Assembly: GCA_965206975.1 (NCBI GenBank)
Contig: OZ242253.1
Coordinates: 692,306 to 756,305, forward strand
DNA: 64,000 nt
From: Longimicrobiales bacterium
GTDB taxonomy: Bacteria; Gemmatimonadota; Gemmatimonadetes; Longimicrobiales; Gaopeijiaceae
Reading direction: 5' to 3'
The position numbers were made by a program, and so were the translations under genes. Shown in pieces: positions 15,364 through 24,911 of the stretch. The notes below the pieces were generated by a model that was given only the letters and a program-made list of their open reading frames with translations, was not told the origin of the DNA and made no database searches. Each line of letters opens with the position of its first letter. The first letter of the stretch is position 1.

Positions 15364-16067
15364 TATCCTCTCCGACTCCGACGGAAGATGTTCTCGTCGA
15401 CCGGCACGCCGGGGCCCATCGTGCTCGACAGAGTGACACTCTGGATGTACGCCCCCTTTGCCGCGGCCGGGCGCGCCCGGAGGATCGAGTCCATGAAGGC
15501 GCTCAGATTCTCCTCGAGCTTCTCGCGCTCGAAGGAGACCCGCCCGATCGGGGCGTGGACATTCCCCGTACGATCCACCCGGAACTCGATCTTCCCCGCC
15601 TTGATCTCGGAGACCGCGCGGCCCACGTCCATCGTGACGGTCCCGGCCTTCGGCGTCGGCATGAGGCCTCGCGGCCCGAGAATCCGGCCGAGGGGGCCCA
15701 CCTTCCCCATCTGGTCCGGGGTCGCGACCGCGACATCGAAGTCGAGCCACCCCTCCTTTATCCTTCCGACGTAGTCCGGGCCGACGTAGTCCGCCCCGGC
15801 ATCAGTGGCCTCCTGCGCCTTCTCTCCCTCGGCGATCACGAGGACCCGGACCTCCTTCCCCGTCCCGTGCGGGAGGACCACCGTCCCGCGGACGACCTGA
15901 TCCGCCCGCCTCGGATCCACGCTGAGGCGCGTTGCGATCTCGACCGTCTCGTCGAAGCCCGCAAACGCGAGCTCCTTCACGAGATCGAGCGCGCCGCCGG
16001 GGGAATGGCGCGCACCGTCCGGGACCCGCGCCCTCGCCTCCTTCGTCTTCCTTCCCTTTCTAGGCAT
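15363..16067 (-). CDS. rplA: 50S ribosomal protein L1
   Basis: From ATG 16067: [15 protein letters not shown]…[34 protein letters not shown]…. Confidence 0.95.
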   Translation of the reverse strand: MPRKGRKTKEARARVPDGARHSPGGALDLVKELAFAGFDETVEIATRLSVDPRRADQVVRGTVVLPHGTGKEVRVLVIAEGEKAQEATDAGADYVGPDYVGRIKEGWLDFDVAVATPDQMGKVGPLGRILGPRGLMPTPKAGTVTMDVGRAVSEIKAGKIEFRVDRTGNVHAPIGRVSFEREKLEENLSAFMDSILRARPAAAKGAYIQSVTLSSTMGPGVPVDENIFRRSRRG

Positions 16068-16177
16068 AGAAATCGAGCCGTCTCGTGTCGTCCTCCCACC
16101 CGTGGCGGCTCGCATCGGGTGGTTCGGCGGACGCAGACCGGGGCCTGTTCACGTCCCGTCTTGGGGCGAGGGAGCGA

Positions 16178-16603
16178 CTACCCTATTACCGTGATCCCCA
16201 TGCTCCGTGCGGTCCCGGCGATCATCCGGATCGCGGAGTCGACGCTCGCGGCATTGAGGTCCTGCATCTTCGCCTCGGCGATCTCCTTAAGCTGTTCGGT
16301 CGTCACCGTCGCCACTTTCTCCCGGTGCGGCTCCCCGGAACCCTTGTCGAGCCCGACGGCCCTCTTGAGCAGGACGGAGGCGGGGGGCGTCTTCGTGACG
16401 AAGGTGAAGGAGCGGTCGGCGTACACCTTGATCTCGACGGGGATCGTGAGGCCCTGCTGACCCTGCGTCTTCGCGTTGAACTGCTTGCAGAACTCCATGA
16501 TGTTCACGCCGTGCTGCCCGAGAGCAGGCCCGACGGGCGGCGCGGGATTCGCCTGTCCGCCCGGCACATGGAGCTTGATGAATCCAACGGTCTTCTTCGC
16601 CAT
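16178..16603 (-). CDS. rplK: 50S ribosomal protein L11
   Basis: From ATG 16603: [44 protein letters not shown]…. Confidence 0.95.
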   Translation of the reverse strand: MAKKTVGFIKLHVPGGQANPAPPVGPALGQHGVNIMEFCKQFNAKTQGQQGLTIPVEIKVYADRSFTFVTKTPPASVLLKRAVGLDKGSGEPHREKVATVTTEQLKEIAEAKMQDLNAASVDSAIRMIAGTARSMGITVIG

Positions 16604-16610
16604 TCTCCCC

Positions 16611-17177
16611 TCAGTATCCCTCAAGCTGCGTAAAGTCGAGCTCGACCGAGGTCGGCCGCCCAAAGAGCGAGACCTCGACCTTCACCTTGCCCTTGTCCGC
16701 ATAGACCTCCTGGACCGTCCCCGAGAAGTCGGTGAAGGGCCCCGCGGTGACCTCCACGACCTGACCCGCGTGGAAGGGGATCTCCTCCTCCTGCTCCTCG
16801 GCCCCGTCGACCTCGACCCCTAGGATCTTGTTGATCTCGTCCTGCCGGAGCGGCTGCGGGGCCCCCTGCGAACCGACGAACTTGATCACCCCATGGATCG
16901 TGCTAACGGCGTGCTGAGTCCGCTCGTTCAGGATCATCTTCACGAGGACGTAGCCGGGGTATAGTCGGCGGGTGACGCTGACCCGCTTCCCGTTTCGGAT
17001 CTCGGTGACCTCGTGGACCGGGACGAGGACCTCTTGGATCTCCTTCTCTTCGGCGAGCTCACCCGGCTCGTCGTCGATCTTCAGCTGCACGAGGCGCTGG
17101 ACCTTCTTCTCGTGCCCCGAATAGCTCTGCACGGCATACCACCTCGCCTCGGCCCCCTCTGGTACCTCGTGCATCAT
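16611..17177 (-). CDS. nusG: Transcription termination/antitermination factor NusG
   Basis: [26 protein letters not shown]…[25 protein letters not shown]; canonical position between secE and rplK. Confidence 0.95.
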   Translation of the reverse strand: MMHEVPEGAEARWYAVQSYSGHEKKVQRLVQLKIDDEPGELAEEKEIQEVLVPVHEVTEIRNGKRVSVTRRLYPGYVLVKMILNERTQHAVSTIHGVIKFVGSQGAPQPLRQDEINKILGVEVDGAEEQEEEIPFHAGQVVEVTAGPFTDFSGTVQEVYADKGKVKVEVSLFGRPTSVELDFTQLEGY

Positions 17178-17185
17178 CGATACGG

Positions 17186-17392
17186 TTACGCCCCGAAGAT
17201 CCCCATGATCAGATCGATCACGGTCCGGGATGCAATGTCCATGACCCAGATCACGAGCGCCACGAGGATGCAGAAGACGATGACGACGAGCGTCGCGCTC
17301 TTGAGCTGCGGCCAGTCGGGCCAGGTGACACGCTGAAGCTCATGCCAGCTCTCTTCGGCGAATCCGGCGATCCCTTTCAGCTGCTTGACCAT
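17186..17392 (-). CDS. secE: Preprotein translocase subunit SecE
   Basis: From ATG 17392, with GGGAG just upstream: MVKQLKGIAGFAEESWHELQRVTWPDWPQLKSATLVVIVFCILVALVIWVMD… It has a single C-terminal TM helix and conserved synteny. Confidence 0.85.
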   Translation of the reverse strand: MVKQLKGIAGFAEESWHELQRVTWPDWPQLKSATLVVIVFCILVALVIWVMDIASRTVIDLIMGIFGA

Positions 17393-17397
17393 CTCCC

Positions 17398-17550
17398 CTA
17401 CTTCGTTTCCTTGTGGACCGTATGTGCCCGGCACCGCGGGCAGTACTTGCGATACGCCACCCGCTCGGGGTGGAGCCGCTTGTTCTTCTTGTAGTTGTAG
17501 TTCCTCTCCTGGCACTTGGGGCAGGCGAGGGCAACCCTGTCACGCGGCAT
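17398..17550 (-). CDS. rpmG: 50S ribosomal protein L33
   Basis: Not in the ORF track (50 aa). Manual translation: MPRDRVALACPKCQERNYNYKKNKRLHPERVAYRKYCPRCRAHTVHKETK. It has a CxxC…CxxC zinc ribbon and lies between tuf and secE. Confidence 0.85.
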   Translation of the reverse strand: MPRDRVALACPKCQERNYNYKKNKRLHPERVAYRKYCPRCRAHTVHKETK

Positions 17551-17593
17551 CTCGTTCCTTCCTGGTCTCGGTCATCAGCGCCGAGCCGCTTCG

Positions 17594-18793
17594 TCAGTCC
17601 ACGATCTCGGTGACTACCCCGGCCCCGACCGTGCGTCCACCCTCCCGGATCGCAAAGCGAAGCTCCTTCTCCATCGCAATCGGGCTGATCAACTCGACGT
17701 CCATCTGCACATTGTCCCCCGGCATCACCATCTCCACCCCTTCCCCCAGGTGCGCCGAGCCCGTCACGTCCGTCGTCCGAAAGTAGAACTGCGGACGGTA
17801 GCCGTCGAAGAAGGGCGTGTGCCTGCCCCCCTCCCCCTTCGTCAGCACGTAGACCTCCGCCTTGAACTTCGTGTGCGGCATAATCGAACCCGGCTTCGCA
17901 AGCACCATCCCACGCTCCACCTCGTCCTTCTTCGTCCCCCGAAGAAGCACCCCCGCATTGTCTCCCGCCTCGCCCTGATCGAGCAGCTTGCGAAACATCT
18001 CCACACCCGTCACCACCGTCTTCGTCCCCAGCTCCGCACTCAGCCCGACAAGCGCCACATCCTCACCCACCTTGATCACCCCCCGCTCGATCCGACCCGT
18101 CGCCACCGTCCCCCGGCCCGTGATCGTAAACACGTCCTCGACCGGCATGAGGAAGGGCTTGTCCGTATCCCGCTCCGGCTCCGGAATGTACTCGTCGATC
18201 GCATCCATCAACTCCCCGATGCTCCTCGTCTCCTCCGCCTCCGGATCCCCGCTCTCGAGCGCCTGGAGCGCCGATCCCCGAACAACCGGAATGTCGTCGC
18301 CCGGGAAATCGTACTCGCTCAGAAGCTCCCGCACCTCAAGCTCCACCAGCTCCAGCAGCTCCTCGTCATCCAGCATGTCGCACTTGTTCAGGTACACCAC
18401 GATGTCCGGAACATTCACCTGCCTCGCAAGCAGGATGTGCTCTCGCGTCTGCGGCATCGGCCCGTCCGCCGCGCTCACCACCAAAATCGCGCCGTCCATC
18501 TGCGCCGCGCCCGTAATCATGTTCTTCACGTAGTCCGCGTGCCCCGGACAGTCCACGTGCGCATAGTGCCGATTCGCCGTCTCGTACTCCACGTGCGCCG
18601 TCGCAATCGTAATCCCCCGCTCCCGTTCCTCCGGCGCCTTGTCGATGTTGTCGAACGAGACATACTCCGCCAGTCCCCGCTGCGCCTGCACCGACGTAAT
18701 CGCCGCCGTCAACGTCGTCTTCCCATGGTCCACGTGCCCAATCGTACCCACGTTCACATGCGGCTTCGTCCGCTCAAATCTCGCCTTGGCCAT
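17594..18793 (-). CDS. tuf: Elongation factor Tu
   Basis: [32 protein letters not shown]…; 399 aa. Confidence 0.98.
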   Translation of the reverse strand: MAKARFERTKPHVNVGTIGHVDHGKTTLTAAITSVQAQRGLAEYVSFDNIDKAPEERERGITIATAHVEYETANRHYAHVDCPGHADYVKNMITGAAQMDGAILVVSAADGPMPQTREHILLARQVNVPDIVVYLNKCDMLDDEELLELVELEVRELLSEYDFPGDDIPVVRGSALQALESGDPEAEETRSIGELMDAIDEYIPEPERDTDKPFLMPVEDVFTITGRGTVATGRIERGVIKVGEDVALVGLSAELGTKTVVTGVEMFRKLLDQGEAGDNAGVLLRGTKKDEVERGMVLAKPGSIMPHTKFKAEVYVLTKGEGGRHTPFFDGYRPQFYFRTTDVTGSAHLGEGVEMVMPGDNVQMDVELISPIAMEKELRFAIREGGRTVGAGVVTEIVD

Positions 18794-18903
18794 CGTCTCC
18801 CTCTCCCCCCTCGTGATCTCTCGCCCGGATCCGCCATCCGCCCCGACGCTCGATTACGCCCGTACGGCCCGCCTCCCCATTCCCTCGCCAGAGGGATCCA
18901 CAG

Positions 18904-18975
18904 AGCTCCGGGAGGGAATTGAACCCTCGACTTCTTCCTTACCAAGGAAGCGCTCTACCACTGAGCTACCGGAGC
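18904..18975 (-). tRNA. tRNA-Thr (anticodon GGU)
   Basis: Folded by hand: GCTCCGG acceptor stem, anticodon arm CTTCC-TTGGTAA-GGAAG, T-arm GAGGG-TTCAATT-CCCTC; 72 nt; CCA not encoded. Confidence 0.9.
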
Positions 18976-19022
18976 CTCGACACCGACCCGCCCACGTGCT
19001 GCCGAAGGATCCAGAGTCGGAA

Positions 19023-19096
19023 AGCGGGAGACGGGACTCGAACCCGCGACCCTCAGCTTGGAAGGCTGACGCTCTAGCCAACTGAGCTACTCCCGC
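19023..19096 (-). tRNA. tRNA-Gly (anticodon UCC)
   Basis: GCGGGAG acceptor stem, anticodon arm TCAGC-CTTCCAA-GCTGA, T-loop TTCGAGT; 74 nt. Confidence 0.9.
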
Positions 19097-19167
19097 GTGA
19101 CGCGCTGCCACACCTGATCCGTGTTCCCCGATTCAGAGCTTCCAAGGTGCCCGGTGCCGGCTCGCCA

Positions 19168-19250
19168 TGGTGGGGGTAGGATTCGAACCTACGAAGGCAT
19201 TAGCCAGCAGATTTACAGTCTGCCCCGTTTGACCGCTTCGGTACCCCACC
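19168..19250 (-). tRNA. tRNA-Tyr (anticodon GUA, long variable arm)
   Basis: GGTGGGG acceptor stem, anticodon arm GCAGA-CTGTAAA-TCTGC, long variable arm, T-loop TTCGAAT; 83 nt. Confidence 0.9.
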
Positions 19251-19340
19251 GTACGGTCGGCGCAGGACAAAGCCCTCGCAAATGGCCGACCCTTCACAAA
19301 CGCTTCGCCGCAGACCCACATTGTCGGTGCACGGCGAAGG

Positions 19341-19413
19341 AGCTGACGGAGGGACTCGAACCCACAACCTGCCGCTTACAAGGCGGCTGCTCTACCAATT
19401 GAGCTACGTCAGC
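19341..19413 (-). tRNA. tRNA-Thr (anticodon UGU)
   Basis: GCTGACG acceptor stem, anticodon arm GCCGC-CTTGTAA-GCGGC, T-loop TTCGAGT (one U-U mismatch in the T-stem); 73 nt. Confidence 0.85.
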
Positions 19414-19464
19414 AGGAAAAATAGCTTTCCATCGTAGCGCGGCCGACGGGCAGTGTCAACATCC

Positions 19465-20898
19465 TCACTGCTCGCGCTTCCACCGTGTCCCGGCGGGGCC
19501 GTCCTCAACGACGATTCCCTCCCCCGCGAGCTCGTCCCGGATCGCATCCGCGAGCGCCCAGTCGCGCGCGGCCCGCGCGCGGCGCCTGGCCTCGATGCGC
19601 TCCTCGACCCAATCGCGGAGTTCGCGGTCGACGGCCCGCCCCCTGCGCCCCACATTGACGAGGCCTAGGACCTCGTCAATGGACTCAAGGGCGGCCAGCG
19701 CGGCGTCCCGCTCGGCCTCGCTGATGACCGCGTGCGCGTCGAGCCGGGCGTTACATCGGTTCACGAACCCGAAGAGCACGGCGATTGCCTGAGAGACGTT
19801 CAGGTCATCGTCGAGCGCCGCACGGAAGCGGGCGAGCGCCTCCCCCGAAGCCGCCGGGAGCCCCGCCTGCGGCCCGTCCGCACGGACCGGGTGAGCACGA
19901 AGGCGCGCATCGAAGTCGAGGAGGCGCCCCACTGCCCGGCCCGAGGCCTCAAGCCCCTCCCTGGTGAAGTTGAGCTCCGTCCGGTAGTGGGCGGAGAGGA
20001 GGAGGAGGCGGAGCGTCGCCGGGGAGATGCCTTCGCCGAGGAGCGCGCCGACGCTCACGATGTTCCCAAGCGACTTCGACATCTTCCTTCCCTCCACACG
20101 GAGGTGCTTCGCGTGGACCCAGTGCTGAACGAAGCGCTCTCCCGTCGCCCCCTCGGATTGCGCGATCTCGTCCTCGTGGTGCGGGAAGATGAGATCCTCC
20201 CCGCCGAGATGCAGGTCGAGCGTACCTCCCACCTCCGACAGCGCCATCGCTGAGCACTCGAGATGCCACCCGGGCCGGCCCTCCCCCCAGGGTGCGTTCC
20301 ACGCCGCCCCGACCTCCCGGTCGCCCTCCTTCACCCCCTTCCAGAGGGCGAAGTCGCGCTCGTCCTCCTTCCCGTAGTCGTCGCCCGCGATGCGCTCCCC
20401 CATCCTCCCCGCTTCCGGATCCCTTCCGGAGAGTGCGCCGTAGTCCGGAAAGGCCGCGATCCGGAAGAAGACCGAGCCATCAGGCGCCTTGTACGCAAAT
20501 CCTCGCTCGAGGAGCCGCTCAACAAGCCCCACCATCGGACCGATGTACGCCGTCGCCTTCGGGTACGCGTCGAAGCGTCGCACCCCGAGGGCATCCGCCT
20601 CCTCGAGCATCTGCCGCTCGTACGCCAGCGTGTGCTCGGCAAGGGTGACCCGTCGCTCTCTCGCCGCGTCGATCGTCTTGTCGTCGATGTCCGTGAAGTT
20701 CATGACGAAGTGGACGCCGTAACCCCGCCATTCGAGGTAGCGGTGCACTAGGTCGTAAAAGAGGAAGGTCCGGAAATTCCCGATGTGGGCCGGGCCGTAG
20801 AGGGTGGGTCCACACCCGTAGATCCCGACCCGTTGCGGGTCCAGCGGGGAGAAGGGCTCGACCGTCCGCGACGCGGTATTGTAGAGACGGAGGGCCAT
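19465..20898 (-). CDS. cysS: Cysteine--tRNA ligase
   Basis: MALRLYNTASRTVEPFSPL…GCGPTLYGPAHIGNFRTF… (HIGN motif) and …KMSKSLGN… (KMSKS motif). Confidence 0.95.
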   Translation of the reverse strand: MALRLYNTASRTVEPFSPLDPQRVGIYGCGPTLYGPAHIGNFRTFLFYDLVHRYLEWRGYGVHFVMNFTDIDDKTIDAARERRVTLAEHTLAYERQMLEEADALGVRRFDAYPKATAYIGPMVGLVERLLERGFAYKAPDGSVFFRIAAFPDYGALSGRDPEAGRMGERIAGDDYGKEDERDFALWKGVKEGDREVGAAWNAPWGEGRPGWHLECSAMALSEVGGTLDLHLGGEDLIFPHHEDEIAQSEGATGERFVQHWVHAKHLRVEGRKMSKSLGNIVSVGALLGEGISPATLRLLLLSAHYRTELNFTREGLEASGRAVGRLLDFDARLRAHPVRADGPQAGLPAASGEALARFRAALDDDLNVSQAIAVLFGFVNRCNARLDAHAVISEAERDAALAALESIDEVLGLVNVGRRGRAVDRELRDWVEERIEARRRARAARDWALADAIRDELAGEGIVVEDGPAGTRWKREQ

Positions 20899-20901
20899 CG
20901 G

Positions 20902-21527
20902 CTAGCGCAGGAGGACCCAAGACTCATCGATCTTCCACGCCCGCGCGCTCCGGGAGAGACCGACGTAGAAGGTGGACCGACTCGTGTCGGAGGTGCCGGC
21001 AGCACCGCCTGACCAGAGGACCTCGGGGAATCCCCGGTCCGGGGAGGCGACGACGACGCGGGCTCCGCTCTCCGTGGTGAGGCAAGCAAGACGGGCAACC
21101 CCGTCCGAGCGGCCGGAGGCGGCCGGTCCCCACATGCGCCCGAGATCCTCCTCACCGAGCAAGGTCAAGAGCGTCGCCCCGATGATCTCCGTTCCCGACC
21201 CCTCGACGGCGCTTCGCCCTGCCTCGATCGTCCGGGTACTTCCGAGCACGCGCACGGTAAACATCTCCACTTCGAGCTCGGTCGCCGCCCGCGCACCGTG
21301 TCCGGGATGTCATGCAGCTTCAGGTCCAGGAAGATCCGCCGCTCGCGGCCCTTGAGGTCAAGCACCACCCCGGGGGCCGCCCGGGTGACGAGCTCAAGCC
21401 CGAGCTCGTGGAAGTCCGCCTCGGGGGGAAGCCGGTCGACGAGCGCGAGAGCGGCCTTTGCCCCCGGAACGTCCAGGCCAATCGACACGTCAGCCACGAA
21501 CGACGCTTCCGGTGTGCGCGGCCACAA
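20902..21527 (-). pseudogene. pyrF: Orotidine-5'-phosphate decarboxylase (pyrF-like), frame broken near 21291-21298
   Basis: N-terminal fragment (ORF 21165..21527): …SIGLDVPGAKAALALVDRL…IFLDLKLHDIPDTV. C-terminal fragment (ORF 20902..21270) in another frame: (ARAATELEV)EMFTVRVLGSTRTIEAG…IIGATLLT…. One extra base after ACGGT would join them as DIPDTV-ARAATELEVEMFTV. The C-terminus is divergent. Confidence 0.65.
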
Positions 21528-22443
21528 CCTCGTCTCCTCCCTTCGTCCGAGGGCCCGGCTGGTCGCCCCGGCCGGGGCGGGCCCGACTCCGAAGCTCGCT
21601 CGCTACCCGCTCTGCCGCACGGGGATCCGAAAACGAGGCCGTACCCACCTGCACGAGGGATGCGCCCGCCTCGAGGTAGGCGGCGGCATCCCGCCCCCGT
21701 CCGATCCCCCCGACGCCGATAAGCGGGAGCTCCGTGAGGGCACGGACCATCCGGACGGCGGCGAGGCCGAGAGGCCGAAGCGCTGGGCCGCTCATGCCCC
21801 CAGCCCCCGCGCCGAGGCGCGGGCGCCCCGAGCGCGGATCGAGGATGAGGCCGGGGGCCGTATTTACCAGGGTGAGCCCGTCGGCCCCCGCCTCCTCCGC
21901 GGCGCGAACGACGGGGCGAAGGTCGGGCGTATTCGGGGCAAGCTTCACGAGGAGCGGACGAGCGGTCTGCGCCCGAACCCCCGTGACAACCCGGCCGAGC
22001 GCCTCGGGGTCGAGGGCGAAGGGGAGGCCGCCCCGCTCCGAGTCGTTCGGGCAGGAGAGGTTCAGCTCGAAGCCGAGGAAGCCCGGGCCGTCATCGAGCA
22101 TCCGGACGACCTCGAGGTATTCCTCTGCCGTGTGTCCGGCAACGCTCACGAAGACGTGAAGCGCGGGGAGGTGCGCCTCGATCCAGGGAAGGCGTTCCCC
22201 TCGAACTGCCGCCGCGCCCGGGTTCGCGAGCCCGACCGAGTTGAGCATCCCGGCCTCGAACTCGGCGACGCGCGGAGGGGGATTCCCGGCCCGGGGGAGG
22301 AGGGTAACCGACTTCGTCACGAGTCCCCCGAGCGCCTCGAGTCGGGTAACGGCGGCGACCTCCCGGCCGAAACCACACGTGCCGGCGGCGACGAGGACGG
22401 GGTTTCTGAAGGTCACTCCAAAGAGCGGAACCTCGAGACCCAT
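21490..22443 (-). CDS. pyrD: Dihydroorotate dehydrogenase (class 1-like catalytic subunit)
   Basis: MGLEVPLFGVTFRNPVLVAAGTCGFG…LVTKSVTLLPRAGNPPPRV…LNSVGLANPG…ELNLSCPN…GGMSGPALRP…. Confidence 0.9.
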   Translation of the reverse strand: MGLEVPLFGVTFRNPVLVAAGTCGFGREVAAVTRLEALGGLVTKSVTLLPRAGNPPPRVAEFEAGMLNSVGLANPGAAAVRGERLPWIEAHLPALHVFVSVAGHTAEEYLEVVRMLDDGPGFLGFELNLSCPNDSERGGLPFALDPEALGRVVTGVRAQTARPLLVKLAPNTPDLRPVVRAAEEAGADGLTLVNTAPGLILDPRSGRPRLGAGAGGMSGPALRPLGLAAVRMVRALTELPLIGVGGIGRGRDAAAYLEAGASLVQVGTASFSDPRAAERVASELRSRARPGRGDQPGPRTKGGDEVVAAHTGSVVRG

Positions 22444-22446
22444 CCG

Positions 22447-23766
22447 CTACGGGACTCCGAAGGTGGGGTACGCTTCGAGGAAGCGGTCGACGGCCCGTCC
22501 GATCGCTTCCGCGACATCGCGGTGGAAGTCGTCCTCGACGAGGAGGCGCTCCTCCTCCGGGTTCGTCAGGAAGCCCACCTCCACCGCCACGGCCGCCATT
22601 CGGACCCCGAGGAGGGAGGGGAGCGGCCCCCGCCGGACGCCGCGGTCGGGGCCAGGGTGAAACTCCCCGAGCTCCCACTGCACCTCACCGGCCAGGGCGG
22701 ATGACGCCTCGCGGTACTCGAGCACCGTAGGATCGTAGGGGAGCGTATCCCCGTAGGAGGCGCCCTCGGCCTCAACCACGCGCTGCTCCTGCTCCGTCTG
22801 GGCATCTGCAAGGAAGTAGGTCTCGAAGCCCCTCACGCCTACTCGGTCGGGGACAGCATTCGCGTGGATCGATATGAAGGCGCCGGGGCGGTCGCTCCGC
22901 CACTCGTTCGCCCACTCGCTCCGGCTCTGGCTCGAGATCGCTACGTCCCGCTCGCGGGTGAGCCAGACTTCCGTACCCGGCCTCCTCGCGAGGATCCGGG
23001 CGAGCGCAAGTCCGGCGGAGAGGGCCACCTCCTTCTCCTCGACCCCGGTGGCGCCCGCGACGCCGGTGTCATCCCCCCCGTGCCCGGGATCGATGATGAT
23101 CACCGCCGAGGCCGCTCCCCCGTCTGCGGTAGACCACGGGACGAGGGGCCGTTCGGCGGAGGCCTCCCCGCCCTCCGGCGCCTCCGCCTGATCCGCCGTC
23201 GCGAACTCCTCGTCCGCGTCGGCGGGGAGCTCCTCGGCAGAGAGGGCATCCGGGTCCACGACGCCGACGGGTCGCCCTGGATCCGGCATCTCTTCCGGCG
23301 GCGGGAGCTCCGCTCCCTCGGCGAGGAGGAGGGCGCGTTCCTCCTCGAAGGCGTACGCCTCGGGAAGGAAACCCGGGAAGAGGTCTGCGACGAGCTGGAG
23401 CGGCACGTAGAACGCCTCCCCGCTCGAGTACGGGGCGTCGACCATCTGCACTACGAGGCCATCCCAGGTGACGAAGGGCGATCCGGGCCGGAGTTCGAGC
23501 TCGAGACCCGTGCGATGACGGAGGAGAACCGTCCGCCCGCCGTCGCCCGCCTCTACCCTCCAACCGAGTTCTTCCAGGCTCTCTGCGGGGATCACGGGGT
23601 ATCCGCCCCCCGTCTCGACGGGGAGGCTCACCTCGCGGCCGTCGGGGAAGAGGACCGTAACCGGAGGGCCGGACTGACCCCGTGCCGGCTCCGCGAGGGA
23701 GGCGGCGGAGAGGAGGACGAGGACGAGCGGGGCGAACGGCCGGGGGGGGGGGGCGCGGCGACTCAC
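22447..23766 (-). CDS. N-acetylmuramoyl-L-alanine amidase (Amidase_3) with an N-terminal secreted domain
   Basis: GTG at 23766 in a GTGA overlap with the smpB stop. Signal peptide: VSRRAPPPRPFAPLVLVLLSAASLAEPARG. Catalytic part: …VIIIDPGHGGDDTGVAG…FISIHANA…. The 711-aa ORF-track N-terminus overlaps smpB and was rejected. Confidence 0.8.
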   Translation of the reverse strand: MSRRAPPPRPFAPLVLVLLSAASLAEPARGQSGPPVTVLFPDGREVSLPVETGGGYPVIPAESLEELGWRVEAGDGGRTVLLRHRTGLELELRPGSPFVTWDGLVVQMVDAPYSSGEAFYVPLQLVADLFPGFLPEAYAFEEERALLLAEGAELPPPEEMPDPGRPVGVVDPDALSAEELPADADEEFATADQAEAPEGGEASAERPLVPWSTADGGAASAVIIIDPGHGGDDTGVAGATGVEEKEVALSAGLALARILARRPGTEVWLTRERDVAISSQSRSEWANEWRSDRPGAFISIHANAVPDRVGVRGFETYFLADAQTEQEQRVVEAEGASYGDTLPYDPTVLEYREASSALAGEVQWELGEFHPGPDRGVRRGPLPSLLGVRMAAVAVEVGFLTNPEEERLLVEDDFHRDVAEAIGRAVDRFLEAYPTFGVP

Positions 23767-24245
23767 CGGTCCTCTCCCCGCATCGCCCGCTGGGCCTCCT
23801 TCTCCTGGGTGCGGCGCCGAAGCGTCTCCCGCTTGTCGTGGAGCTGCTTCCCCTTCGCGAGCGCGAGCGTCGCCTTCACGTAGGATCCGCTCAGATAGAG
23901 CTTGAGCGGCACGAGCGTCAGCCCCTTCTGCTCGACGGCCGAGACCAGCTTCCGGATCTCGTGCCTGTGAAGAAGGAGCTTCCTCGGCCGCTCCGGGTCC
24001 CGGTTCCACCGGTTCGCCGAATCGTACGGGGCGATGTGCACGTTGTGGAGCCAAGCCTCCCCGCCTTCGATCTTCGCAAAGGAGTCCGTGAAGGAGACCT
24101 TCCCCTCCCGAACGGACTTGACCTCGGGACCCGTCAGAACGATGCCCGCCTCCCACTCGTCGAAGACCTGATACAGGTGACGCGCCTTCCGGTTCGTGGC
24201 GACGACCCGCCGGCCCCTGGGCGCTTCCGGCATCGAACTCAGCAA
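23763..24245 (-). CDS. smpB: SsrA-binding protein SmpB
   Basis: …RRVVATNRKARHLYQVFDEWEAGIVLTGPEVKSVREGKVSFTDSFAKIEGGEAWLHNVHIAPY… Start is either TTG 24245 or ATG 24233. Confidence 0.92.
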   Translation of the reverse strand: MLSSMPEAPRGRRVVATNRKARHLYQVFDEWEAGIVLTGPEVKSVREGKVSFTDSFAKIEGGEAWLHNVHIAPYDSANRWNRDPERPRKLLLHRHEIRKLVSAVEQKGLTLVPLKLYLSGSYVKATLALAKGKQLHDKRETLRRRTQEKEAQRAMRGEDR

Positions 24246-24254
24246 CCCACCCTA

Positions 24255-24911
24255 TCAGTAGATGAGTACCGGGGTCCCCACCTCGACACGGTAGTAGAGC
24301 TCCCGGGCCGCCTCGTTGGTGAGCCGGATGCACCCGTGGGAGACGCGCCGGTCGTCGGGATCCGGCTCGAGAAGGAGTTCGGGGTTGTTCGTCCCGTGAA
24401 TCGCGATCCCGTCGCCCAGGAAGAGCGCGGAGGTCCCGAGCGTACCGGGGACCCGCGCACGCTCGGACGGGGGCGGGACCGGGAGGTTCTGCTCGATATA
24501 GTACCATTCGGGAGCGATCCAGACCGGATCCTTCTCCTTTCGGAGGACGTGGAACATCCCGACCGGCGTCGTGAAGGTCCACGACCTCCCCTGTCCCTCA
24601 AGCTGAAAGCCGTGACCCGTCCCGGCGGGGGCCGACCACACCACCTCCGTGCCGTCCATGACGAGGACGCGGCTCTCCGCAACGTGCACGACCACGTATG
24701 GCCCGTCGTGCTCGACCAAGGGGCGATCCAGCGTGAGTTGCCTCTCGAGGGCACTCGACGCGAAGACGACGCCCTCTCTCGCATGCAGGAACCCGTTGGC
24801 GTCACCACTCCCACCGAAGGGGACAACGGACTGCCCAAGGGCAGCGGCCGGAAGGCCAAGGAGGAGCGCCCAGGCGCTCCCTACGAGCCTTCGCTCCCTC
24901 GTTCCCGCCAT
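24255..24911 (-). CDS. L,D-transpeptidase (YkuD domain) with signal peptide
   Basis: From ATG 24911: MAGTRERRLVGSAWALLLGLPAAALG…; C-terminal catalytic motif …IAIHGTNNPE…SHGCIRLTNEAA…. Confidence 0.85.
   Translation of the reverse strand: MAGTRERRLVGSAWALLLGLPAAALGQSVVPFGGSGDANGFLHAREGVVFASSALERQLTLDRPLVEHDGPYVVVHVAESRVLVMDGTEVVWSAPAGTGHGFQLEGQGRSWTFTTPVGMFHVLRKEKDPVWIAPEWYYIEQNLPVPPPSERARVPGTLGTSALFLGDGIAIHGTNNPELLLEPDPDDRRVSHGCIRLTNEAARELYYRVEVGTPVLIY

Noticed and set aside
17551-17593. Expected tRNA-Trp between tuf and rpmG
   Set aside because: Only 43 nt separate the two genes, which is too short for a tRNA, and no cloverleaf can be drawn.
23767-24582. N-terminal 272 aa of the 711-aa ORF 22447..24582, which would make a giant amidase
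   Set aside because: This part overlaps smpB and the L,D-transpeptidase gene in other frames and is Arg/Gly/Pro-rich nonsense. A GTG at 23766 followed by a clear signal peptide is the credible start.
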